Source: Candidatus Micrarchaeota archaeon
GTDB lineage: Archaea > B1Sed10-29
Assembly: GCA_964388265.1 (NCBI GenBank)
Contig: CAYLXZ010000006.1
Coordinates: forward strand, 1 to 32,797
Direction of reading: 5' to 3'
Length of the DNA stretch: 32,797 bases
Below the pieces are notes generated by a model. It saw only the letters and a list, made by a program, of their open reading frames with translations. It was not told the DNA's origin and searched no databases. The translations under genes and the position numbers were made by a program. Every line of letters starts with the position of its first letter. The stretch's first letter is position 1. Shown piece by piece: positions 17,251 through 25,731 of the stretch.

Positions 17251-17427
17251 CCAGTGAAATCCAACCCAGATAAATGCATATCATGCGGAGGATGCACCTC
17301 AGTCTGCCCAGTAAACGCAATCACACTCAAAAACGGAGAAATAACCATAGACCAAGAAAAATGCATAGAATGCGGATCATGCATCAAACTATGCCCAGTA
17401 AACGCAATAAAAAACAAAAAAGAATGA
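17248..17427 (+). CDS. fdx: 2[4Fe-4S] ferredoxin (not in ORF track)
   Basis: [59 protein letters not shown]; two CxxCxxCxxxCP motifs. Confidence 0.96.
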   Translation: MPVKSNPDKCISCGGCTSVCPVNAITLKNGEITIDQEKCIECGSCIKLCPVNAIKNKKE

Positions 17428-17450
17428 AAAAATAATGAAGATGATGAAAA

Positions 17451-18683
17451 ATGACCTATAAAAACAACCCAACAAAATTCAAAGATAAATACGATGTGAT
17501 AGTGGTAGGAGCAGGTCCAGGCGGATCAATAGCAGCAAGAGACTGCGCAGAGAAAGGACTAGACACTCTAGTAATCGAGAAAAGACAAGAACTAGGAACA
17601 CCAGTAAGATGTGGAGAAGGCCTAGGAGAAGCCTGGATGGAAAAAGCAAACATAGAATACGATCCAACCTGGTGCATAAGAGAAACAACAGGAGCAATAG
17701 TGTTCCCACCAAACGAAAAACAACTAAAAGTAGATCCAGTTAACAACGGATACATAGTAGAAAGAAAGATATTCGAAAAAAGACTAGCAGAACAAGCAGG
17801 AAGAAAAGGAGCCGAATACCTACTTAAAACCAGAGTAACAGACGTCATAAAAAATAACGGAAAAGTAGAAGGAGTTAAAGTCAAAACAGACAGAGGAAAA
17901 ACAAAGAAATTCAAGGCAAACATAGTTATCGCCGCAGACGGTGTAGAATCACCCACAGCAAAACTAGCAGGAATAAACACATCCAACCAACTGAAAGACA
18001 TGGATTCAGGCTACGAATACGAAATGGCCAACCTTAGCTTCGATTCAGAAGACACAAGATACATAAACATATGGATGGGAAACGACATAGCCCCAGGAGG
18101 ATACATCTGGGCATTCTTCAAAGACGAAGACGTAGCCAACGTAGGAATAGGGATAAATCCAACCCAAAACGACACAGATAAAACAGCTAAAGAATTCCTG
18201 GACGAATGGATAGAGAACCATCCAGAGTACTTCGAAGATGCAGTAATCACAGAGAAGAAAGGAGGAGCAATACCTCTAGGAGAACCACTCGACGAACCCT
18301 ACACAGATGGATTAATGATCGTAGGAGACGCAGCTCACATGGTGAACCCCATCCACGGAGGAGGAATGGGACTAGCAATGGAAGCAGCAAGAATAGCAGC
18401 AGAAGTAGCAAAAGAATCAATAGAAGAAGAAAACTACAGTGAAGAATTCCTATCCAGATACGGTGAAAGATGGTGGGAACAAAGAGGAAACCACCTAATG
18501 AAAGTCCAGAAAGTCCGAAAATTCGCAGAATCACTCACAGACAAAGATCTAAACAAACTAAGAGAAATACTGGACGAAGACCAACTTCTAGAACTAACAG
18601 AAGCAAGTAAATTCAAACAATTCCTCAAATTATTCAAAGGAAGCCCAAAGATAGCTATGAAGGCAACAAAAGCCTTTACCTAA
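17451..18683 (+). CDS. Geranylgeranyl reductase family flavoprotein (DGGGPL reductase-like)
   Basis: VVGAGPGG, PVRCGEG, IAADG, APGGYIWAF, VGDAAHMVNPIHGGG; adjacent to a ferredoxin. Confidence 0.9.
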   Translation: MTYKNNPTKFKDKYDVIVVGAGPGGSIAARDCAEKGLDTLVIEKRQELGTPVRCGEGLGEAWMEKANIEYDPTWCIRETTGAIVFPPNEKQLKVDPVNNGYIVERKIFEKRLAEQAGRKGAEYLLKTRVTDVIKNNGKVEGVKVKTDRGKTKKFKANIVIAADGVESPTAKLAGINTSNQLKDMDSGYEYEMANLSFDSEDTRYINIWMGNDIAPGGYIWAFFKDEDVANVGIGINPTQNDTDKTAKEFLDEWIENHPEYFEDAVITEKKGGAIPLGEPLDEPYTDGLMIVGDAAHMVNPIHGGGMGLAMEAARIAAEVAKESIEEENYSEEFLSRYGERWWEQRGNHLMKVQKVRKFAESLTDKDLNKLREILDEDQLLELTEASKFKQFLKLFKGSPKIAMKATKAFT

Positions 18684-18716
18684 ACCTTTTATGAAGACAC
18701 TTCCTAGAAGTAGACA

Positions 18717-19661
18717 ATGAAATCACAAACCCTAGAAAAGGCAAGAACCTACCTGGAAAAATCCCCACAGGGAACATTCACACTTCTAACAGTATCTTTA
18801 ATAGGATTAACTTACCTTTTCCTGTCCTACAATTATCTCTACATCCCTAACGAAAAACTATTATCCTACGGGTTTGAACTATCCAACCCACTGGGAGCAA
18901 TAACCTATTCATTCCTCCACCTAAGCCCCCAGCACATAATAGCGAACGTAGCTCTCCTTCTAGCAGTAGGGATAATAGCTGAAAAGAAACTCAACTTCAA
19001 AGACTACTTCACCATATTCTTCACCTCAGCAATAACAGCAGGAGTAGCCTTCCAGCTATTAACACCAACACCTACTGTACTCGTCGGAGCATCCTCAGCC
19101 GTATCAGGAATACTCGCAGTAGCAGTATTCGTGGACTTCAAGAAAACCATCCCAGCAATACTAATCTTCGGACTATTCCTAAGCATCGTATCCCCAGCAG
19201 TAACTACCTACACAGAAAAACAGCTAGGGTTACTGGAAAATGAAACAACTGAACTAGGAAAACAATATAATAAAACAAAAGAAAAAATAGAAGAGTCTCA
19301 ACAACAGTTAGAGAACCTTACAATCATGATATCCAGATTAAAAGAAGAATGTCTAATCAAAGAAAACGAAACAGCATGCGTAAAATGGAAAGAACTAAAT
19401 AAAACTCTGAAAGAAAAAGAAGAAAAAGAAGAAGAACTACAAGAAAAAGAGAACGAAACCGTGAAGGACCTGAACAAAACCATGACGGACCAGATGAAAC
19501 TAGAACAAGGAATAAAAAGAGAAGAAAGAGCAAAAACAAGCGCTATAGTACATCTAATAGGAGCCTTCACAGGCATAGGATACCTCTGCATATTCAGGAG
19601 AGATATATTATGGAGTCTACCCTCTCAAGCCTCACAATTAGAAAACTACTTCCAGAAATAA
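18717..19661 (+). CDS. Rhomboid-family intramembrane serine protease with large coiled-coil insertion
   Basis: SFLH...HIIAN, GAS (Ser126) and VHLIGAFTG (His279); about 110 hydrophilic residues between TM5 and TM6. Confidence 0.85.
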   Translation: MKSQTLEKARTYLEKSPQGTFTLLTVSLIGLTYLFLSYNYLYIPNEKLLSYGFELSNPLGAITYSFLHLSPQHIIANVALLLAVGIIAEKKLNFKDYFTIFFTSAITAGVAFQLLTPTPTVLVGASSAVSGILAVAVFVDFKKTIPAILIFGLFLSIVSPAVTTYTEKQLGLLENETTELGKQYNKTKEKIEESQQQLENLTIMISRLKEECLIKENETACVKWKELNKTLKEKEEKEEELQEKENETVKDLNKTMTDQMKLEQGIKREERAKTSAIVHLIGAFTGIGYLCIFRRDILWSLPSQASQLENYFQK

Positions 19662-20641
19662 AGGAAGAGACCGAAGGAAAATACCTAGGGAAAGCACAGC
19701 AACTTGACAACAACACCTACAGATTCAGATTCAGCCCAGGATCAATCGACCTAATCATAGAAATAGGAAAAAGACTAAATATAACAGACTACAGACTAAA
19801 AGCTCCAAAAAAAGCAACACAGCCATCAATGATACTCAGAAAACACCTGAGCAACTCAAAACTAGAAAAGATAGAACAAGTCGGCTTTGATAGAATAGTG
19901 GAAATGACATTCACAAACGGTAAAAAGATAATTATAGAGCTATTTGCAGAAGGAAACCTCATACTCACGGACGACAAGGATAAAATCATATTCACACACA
20001 GGACCAAGGAATGGAGAGATAGAGAAATAAGAAAAGGAGAAAAATACACCTATCCACCATCTCAACTAAAAAACCCCTTCAAAGTAGACCAAGAACAATT
20101 CAAAGAAGCTCTATCAGGAAAAAGCATCGTAGCCAGCATAGCAACCAACCTAGGGCTAGGAGGAGACATAGCCGAAGAAATATGCAGAAAAGCAGAAATA
20201 GACAAAAATAAAACTAATGAACAATTAAACGAGAAAGAACTAGAGAAACTATACAGAAGCATGGAAGATCTTTTAAAGAAAGATAGAAATCCTGTAAAGC
20301 AAGATGGAAAGATAAGGCCCTTCCCAATATCTGGAGAAGTACAGGAAAGATACGATTCACTGAACACAGCCATAGACGAGAACTACAAAGGAAAAACCGA
20401 ATCAGAGAAAGAACCGGAAGATCTGATAAAACTCAAGAAGAGACTGGAAAGCCAGAAAGAATCAATCAAAGAATTCAAAGACAAGATAGATAAGTACAAG
20501 AAGAAAGGAGACGCAATCTACAAGAATTACAGTAAAGTAGGTAAGGCAATACAGCTATACAAAGAAGGAAAGACAGATAAACTAAAAGAAGAACTAGATG
20601 CGGAGATAAAAAACAGAAAAATAAAACTAGATTTAAACTAA
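19610..20641 (+). CDS. NFACT/Rqc2(RqcH)-family protein, N-terminal half only
   Basis: MILRKHL, EQVGFDRIV, IIELFAEGNLILTD, REIRKGEKYTYPP, GLGGDIAEEIC (H2TH), then a coiled coil ending at IKLDLN; no NFACT-R domain. Confidence 0.85.
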   Translation: MESTLSSLTIRKLLPEIKEETEGKYLGKAQQLDNNTYRFRFSPGSIDLIIEIGKRLNITDYRLKAPKKATQPSMILRKHLSNSKLEKIEQVGFDRIVEMTFTNGKKIIIELFAEGNLILTDDKDKIIFTHRTKEWRDREIRKGEKYTYPPSQLKNPFKVDQEQFKEALSGKSIVASIATNLGLGGDIAEEICRKAEIDKNKTNEQLNEKELEKLYRSMEDLLKKDRNPVKQDGKIRPFPISGEVQERYDSLNTAIDENYKGKTESEKEPEDLIKLKKRLESQKESIKEFKDKIDKYKKKGDAIYKNYSKVGKAIQLYKEGKTDKLKEELDAEIKNRKIKLDLN

Positions 20642-20893
20642 CATAGTTTCATCCACGACAACTACGTCAGACACTGAGAAAACAGCTTTAAACGGTATTC
20701 TCGCCATATTATCGGCACCTGTTAAATCTTTTGCTATTCTAGAGCTTTTATTGGCTTCTATCACCATTGACTCTAGATCTCCGCTTTTTTCATCTATTTC
20801 GACATCGCTCAGTCTGCCGATTTCTTCTCCTTTGTTCGTAATAACTCTCATCCCGCCAAGCTGTTTTGCTATGACGTATTTTTTTGAAGCCAT
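20633..20893 (-). CDS. PRC-barrel domain protein (CdpB-like)
   Basis: LGGMRVITNKGEEIGRLSDVEID..SG.L...IPFKAVFSVSDVVVV; strong SD AGGAGG. Confidence 0.88.
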   Translation of the reverse strand: MASKKYVIAKQLGGMRVITNKGEEIGRLSDVEIDEKSGDLESMVIEANKSSRIAKDLTGADNMARIPFKAVFSVSDVVVVDETMLV

Positions 20894-21046
20894 GTTTATA
20901 TCCTCCTTTTAAATATTATTTCTTGGTTTTTCTCTGTTAATAGTAAAGAAACATATATTTAAAAAGGTTTCCCTGGTTCGAATTAACTCTAATTAACCCA
21001 ACATATTCTGGAAAAAACCAAAAAGACCCATCCCCAGAATACCAAC

Positions 21047-24000
21047 ATGCCGGCATTAACCATCACAGCAACAGGGGGAGCAGCCCTAACAGCGATACAA
21101 GCAATATCAGCAATTAACCTACTTACAGTAAGTTTTCCTGGATTAAATTTCCTATCGAACGGAGCACCTACCTCTAACTCCATCTCAAACATAGTAGAAA
21201 AAACAAACCAACTAGAAACACCTTCTCATCTTCATTCCTATCTTCAGAAAAACCAGATAAACCAACCAATAGATAAAAAACTAGAGAAATCTATCCTAAA
21301 CGCTGAGAAAGCCAAAAAACACGCTGAAGAAACCCTGGAAGAATATAGATTAATCTTCACAGTAACAGGAATAAATCTAAAAGCTCTCTCAAGAACCATG
21401 AAAAACAAACGAAAAACAGAGAAACATTACAATCTAGCTATGAAGAACACAAAATCTATGTATAAAGAAATAACAAAAGACCTGCTCGAAGAACACCAAA
21501 AACTGAGCTTCCTAGGAGCAGACACCAACTACACAGGCCCCATAACCCAGATCCATGAAAAAACCAAAGAAATAATAAAAAACCTAAACAGAGAAAAATG
21601 CGGAGACGAAAAAGACATCTCAACCACAGTAGGATGCCTGACAAAAGATATAAACACCTACAGAAACACAACAGGCGAATTCACACCTTCACTCTACAAC
21701 AAGATAACACAAACTCTGATTCCCAAATACTCCGAACTAAAGAAACAGATCAATAAAAAGACAGATAACCTCAAACAAGAATACAGAGAAACCGAGAAAC
21801 TACAAAAAAGAAATATAAACAAAGCAAACGAGAAACTACATGAACTCGAAGCACAGAAAACAACTTTAATCAACTGGAACCCAGGATCAACCCAAAAAAA
21901 CCAAATAGAAACCAGCATAGCAGGAACACCAAGACAACAGCTACTGAAAATAAAAGAAAACCAAGAAGAATCCAGATTCCTGGCTGAAAAAGCAGAAAAC
22001 ATAAAGAAATCAAAGAAAGAAAACTACCTAGTTCAATCAGTTAAAAAATACAAGAAATCGCTAAGTAAAGCCGAAATTACCTATAAAGAATCAAAAAACC
22101 TCTTAAAAAGACTTCGAAACATAGAGAAATCATACAAAGATAAAATAAAGAAATTAAGAAGCCAACTGAAACAGACTCTAACCAGCAGATACTGGGAAAG
22201 GATAGAAACCAGATACAAAAAATCTCTACAGCAATCCACCTATGGTGAAAGAATAAAATCGTTGAAAAACACCTATCAATACATCAAATCAATCAAGAAC
22301 GCCGAAGATAAAGAGATAATACCGATAAAGAACAAGATACAGAACCTACTAAAGAGAATTCAGAAGTACCAGGACCTTGGATACGACTTTGAAGACAAAA
22401 TAAAGAAATTAAAACACCTTCAGAAAGTGAAAGACCCTGAGATGATTCCAAGAACCTATGAAGTATACAATGAAATAAAGAGATTAGTTGAAAAAAGACT
22501 CACGCCACTAAGACAAAAAATAGAAAGAAAAAGACAAGAATCATCCCAATACCTCAAATCAGCAGAAGAACTACGGAAGACACCATCAACCCAAGAAAGC
22601 ATCAACACACAGCTACTGAAGAAACTAAAACAAGAACACAGAGAAACAAGAAATAAACCACCTCTCAAACAACCAAAACAAACGCTCAAAACCTACAATA
22701 AGATAATAAACCAGATACACACCTCCATAAAACAACTAAAATCCAAATTACTCTCCAAAAACACCCAAATAAAAACCAAAACAGAGAAAACAGTATCTTG
22801 TAACCAGCAAATAAAAAGAGAACTAACTCTAACAACCAAGAACCCTCTCCAAGTTCCTTTATACGATACAAAAATAACAAAAACAATAAAGAAACCAGAA
22901 GAAGAAATCAACTTCTACATACCAGTACTAGAACCAGGTCAAATCACCCAAAGAACCACCACTACAACCATAACTCCATACAGATGTAATTTAATCTCAG
23001 AAAGCGATATACAAGCTACAGAGAACTGGATAACCAAGATGAAGAAGATAAAGATTGAAAGAAACGTAGAGTCCACAGAGGTCTTCATCACCCAATACAT
23101 ACCAAAAAACGCCGAGATAATACACCTAGAAAAAAGTAAAAGAACAAAAAAAGGACGAATAAAGCTAAATATAAACTCAGAACAAGAAAACATAACAATA
23201 ACCTATAAAAAACCACCAAAACTAGATATAGAAGGACATAAAGAAATAAATCCAAGTAAAAGAACTCAATACATCATTAATATAATTAATAACGGAGATA
23301 AGATCTCAAACTTTACACTAACCCGGAGCATAGACCCAATAGGAAAAATTGAAAGCAACTACCCAATTGAAGAATCAGAAAACCACGTTAAGATAACAAT
23401 ACCTGAACTAGGTGCACGAGAAAAAATCAAGATGACATACAAGCCAAAGAGCCTGAAAAAAGAAGCTAAAAAAAATTTAATGAGATTAAACCAACTTAAC
23501 TACACCAAAGATGCCTCAAAGCACCTTATGAGTAGATTAAAAGAAATAAGAAGATTATATAGAGATCAGGAATACAGGGAAGTTATTGAAAAGTCACCTA
23601 ATTTGATCAATGAATTTCGGTCTCTACCTAGCAAATCCAAAGACAACTACACCAAGGATACGGATACTAGGAATGAATCAAATAAAACAGTTCCTAAGTC
23701 CGAAGAAAATGAATTAACAACTATAACCCAAAGAACCTCTAACCTCTGCGAGCTAATAGAATGTAGAGACCTAAAAATGAAATTGGAAGAACTTAAATCC
23801 ACTGAAACTCCACAAGAGAAAAAAATAACCAAGTTAAAAACCCGGTTGAACAATCTTGAGGAAGAGGCTATGAAAAAAGTGAAAAAGAACAAAACCAAGA
23901 TCAAAGAAACATTTAAACTTCTTGAAAAAGCATTCAAAACCGCAGATCAATTTACAACTGAAAACAAAGAGATACCATACACTCAAGAAGATCTAAAATC

Positions 24001-24475
24001 TCTTCAAGAAAGAAAAAAATCTCTTAACAAAAAAGAATTAGTTTTTGGAATAGCTGAACCTTCTTTCACACAACTAGTTGAAGAACACGGTACTGAAAAG
24101 ATAAAAAGAAAGATAGAAAAGAGAAAAGATCTTATAGAAGACGCTGAAGACATGTTATCTAATATTAAAGAATCTTCTATCTTAAGGCTGGAAAGAGCAA
24201 GAAAAATATTCTCTAAAAATAAAAATGAAGTAACCAGAAAATACCTAGAAAAAGCCAAGAACTATCATGAGGAAGGAGAGTACCTTAACTCAATGCTATC
24301 TTCTCATAAAGTAATTCAATTCACTCAAGGGAACTCAGGAAATTCTCTTCCACTAAAATACATAGCTGCAGGCATCATAATCTCCGGAACAACTCTTTAT
24401 ATACTAAAGAAACCGGGAAATGATGAAGAAGACGGTATAGAAGATGTTAAGATGAAATTAAAAAGAGGAAAGTAA
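21047..24475 (+). CDS. Large (1142 aa) Lys-rich, probably membrane-anchored surface protein
   Basis: Hydrophobic N-terminus, long helical regions, central beta-rich segments and C-terminal TM (YIAAGIIISGTTLYIL) with a charged tail; an in-frame stop at 20990 precludes a long N-terminal extension. Confidence 0.7.
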   Translation: MPALTITATGGAALTAIQAISAINLLTVSFPGLNFLSNGAPTSNSISNIVEKTNQLETPSHLHSYLQKNQINQPIDKKLEKSILNAEKAKKHAEETLEEYRLIFTVTGINLKALSRTMKNKRKTEKHYNLAMKNTKSMYKEITKDLLEEHQKLSFLGADTNYTGPITQIHEKTKEIIKNLNREKCGDEKDISTTVGCLTKDINTYRNTTGEFTPSLYNKITQTLIPKYSELKKQINKKTDNLKQEYRETEKLQKRNINKANEKLHELEAQKTTLINWNPGSTQKNQIETSIAGTPRQQLLKIKENQEESRFLAEKAENIKKSKKENYLVQSVKKYKKSLSKAEITYKESKNLLKRLRNIEKSYKDKIKKLRSQLKQTLTSRYWERIETRYKKSLQQSTYGERIKSLKNTYQYIKSIKNAEDKEIIPIKNKIQNLLKRIQKYQDLGYDFEDKIKKLKHLQKVKDPEMIPRTYEVYNEIKRLVEKRLTPLRQKIERKRQESSQYLKSAEELRKTPSTQESINTQLLKKLKQEHRETRNKPPLKQPKQTLKTYNKIINQIHTSIKQLKSKLLSKNTQIKTKTEKTVSCNQQIKRELTLTTKNPLQVPLYDTKITKTIKKPEEEINFYIPVLEPGQITQRTTTTTITPYRCNLISESDIQATENWITKMKKIKIERNVESTEVFITQYIPKNAEIIHLEKSKRTKKGRIKLNINSEQENITITYKKPPKLDIEGHKEINPSKRTQYIINIINNGDKISNFTLTRSIDPIGKIESNYPIEESENHVKITIPELGAREKIKMTYKPKSLKKEAKKNLMRLNQLNYTKDASKHLMSRLKEIRRLYRDQEYREVIEKSPNLINEFRSLPSKSKDNYTKDTDTRNESNKTVPKSEENELTTITQRTSNLCELIECRDLKMKLEELKSTETPQEKKITKLKTRLNNLEEEAMKKVKKNKTKIKETFKLLEKAFKTADQFTTENKEIPYTQEDLKSLQERKKSLNKKELVFGIAEPSFTQLVEEHGTEKIKRKIEKRKDLIEDAEDMLSNIKESSILRLERARKIFSKNKNEVTRKYLEKAKNYHEEGEYLNSMLSSHKVIQFTQGNSGNSLPLKYIAAGIIISGTTLYILKKPGNDEEDGIEDVKMKLKRGK

Positions 24476-24994
24476 CTGGTCAGAGAAATCAATATCTTTA
24501 TCACCTTCATTTTCTTCTCTTATGATCTTTAAGCACTCTTTAACCGTTTCTTCAATATCTCTATCTGTTGTTTCTACTTCAAATACTTCACTGTAGTTTT
24601 CCCTGGCTCTCTGAGTACAGTAGTCTATTTTCTCGGCCTCTAAATTCTCTTTCACTTTTTCTTCTGGATAATCTCTATCTTCTATCCTTTCTTTAAGTGA
24701 TTCAGGGTTACATCTCAACACTATGACAATTGAATCAGGTAAATTGAACTCACATAATAAATGACTCTCTATTATTCCTTTAAAATCCGTTAAAATCTCT
24801 TGGAGTTTTCCCAAGTCCACTTCTTTAGATTCCTTTTCCTTATCTATACCCTTGGAAACGCCTTGTGATTCAACAAAATCTGAATCCACGTGTAGAACGT
24901 TTAAACCTGTTTTGGAACCTAGTTTAGATGCTACTGTGGACTTACCTACCCCTGGTGTGCCAGTGATTATTATTTTCTCTTTATCGAGATTCAT
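24458..24994 (-). CDS. Atypical adenylate kinase AK6/Fap7 family
   Basis: ITGTPGVGKST, IIESH, LRCNP..LKERIEDRDYPEEKVKENLEAE. Confidence 0.9.
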   Translation of the reverse strand: MNLDKEKIIITGTPGVGKSTVASKLGSKTGLNVLHVDSDFVESQGVSKGIDKEKESKEVDLGKLQEILTDFKGIIESHLLCEFNLPDSIVIVLRCNPESLKERIEDRDYPEEKVKENLEAEKIDYCTQRARENYSEVFEVETTDRDIEETVKECLKIIREENEGDKDIDFSDQLLSSF

Positions 24995-25062
24995 CTTTTC
25001 ATCTATCTATATTGAGCGAGGATATTTAAAGTATGTTTTCGTTAAAAAAGTGGTGAATATTA

Positions 25063-25200
25063 ATGTCAGAATTCAAACGAACATGCCAACAATGCTTCCA
25101 GGAAGACGGGTTAACCATCCCTCTTGTTAAAGAGAACGGAGACTGGGAATGCCCGAGAAACCCTGAACACAAGACCAAAAATAATATAATCATAGCTTAA
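25063..25200 (+). CDS. 45-aa zinc-ribbon microprotein (CxxC...CPxxxxH), not in ORF track
   Basis: MSEFKRTCQQCFQEDGLTIPLVKENGDWECPRNPEHKTKNNIIIA*; SD GGTGA at 25052-25056, TATA-like ATTTAAA at 25024-25030; ends 8 nt before the next ATG. Confidence 0.75.
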   Translation: MSEFKRTCQQCFQEDGLTIPLVKENGDWECPRNPEHKTKNNIIIA

Positions 25201-25208
25201 GGTTAAAA

Positions 25209-25721
25209 ATGTTCGGTAAAACTCTCTCAAGAAAGGAAAGAGAAGAATTTATGAACATAGCGATGGCTGGAAGGACAAGTGTAGAGGAAAGCGAGAAAGG
25301 AAGAGTTTTATACACATTGAAAAAAGGACAGGTTACTAAACAGGATCTCCAGGATCTTTTCCCAGAGGAATACAGAGATATAAAGAACCTTAAGAAAAAA
25401 GAAAGCGGGTTTCTAGGGTTATTTGATAAGACAAACTACATCCATAAATACTTCTTCACCATCCATAATGATAAATACGACTGTAAAGTAAGACCAGGTA
25501 AAATCATTGGATTTAAAGCCGAGAGAAAGAATGAAGATAACAAGATGAAGGCTAATGTTGAATATCCTGATGGTGAAGTGGAAGAGAAGGCTATGGAGAT
25601 ATTCCCAGGCGTTACACTAACTGACCTTAACCTCAATACTTATGTATTGGTTCATAGAGGAACAGTTTGCCAGGAAATAACTGAAAAGCAGTACAATAAC
25701 ATCCTTGAAAACTATCTTTAG
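25209..25721 (+). CDS. Hypothetical protein with C-terminal HypC/HupF-like domain
   Basis: CKVRPGKII...ANVEY.DG...YVLVHRGTVCQEITEKQ mirrors the HypC pattern C..iPgkv...A.V...G...yVLVH.G.a...i.e.e. Confidence 0.55.
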   Translation: MFGKTLSRKEREEFMNIAMAGRTSVEESEKGRVLYTLKKGQVTKQDLQDLFPEEYRDIKNLKKKESGFLGLFDKTNYIHKYFFTIHNDKYDCKVRPGKIIGFKAERKNEDNKMKANVEYPDGEVEEKAMEIFPGVTLTDLNLNTYVLVHRGTVCQEITEKQYNNILENYL

Positions 25722-25731
25722 ATTTAATTCT

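Noticed and set aside
17181..17417. 78-aa minus-strand ORF with repeated His/Met pattern
   Set aside because: It is the antisense of the ferredoxin; the pattern mirrors the Cys codons.
25033..25062. In-frame upstream ATG with a TGA suggesting readthrough or selenocysteine
   Set aside because: The TGA is part of the SD GGTGA; there is no SECIS or other recoding evidence.
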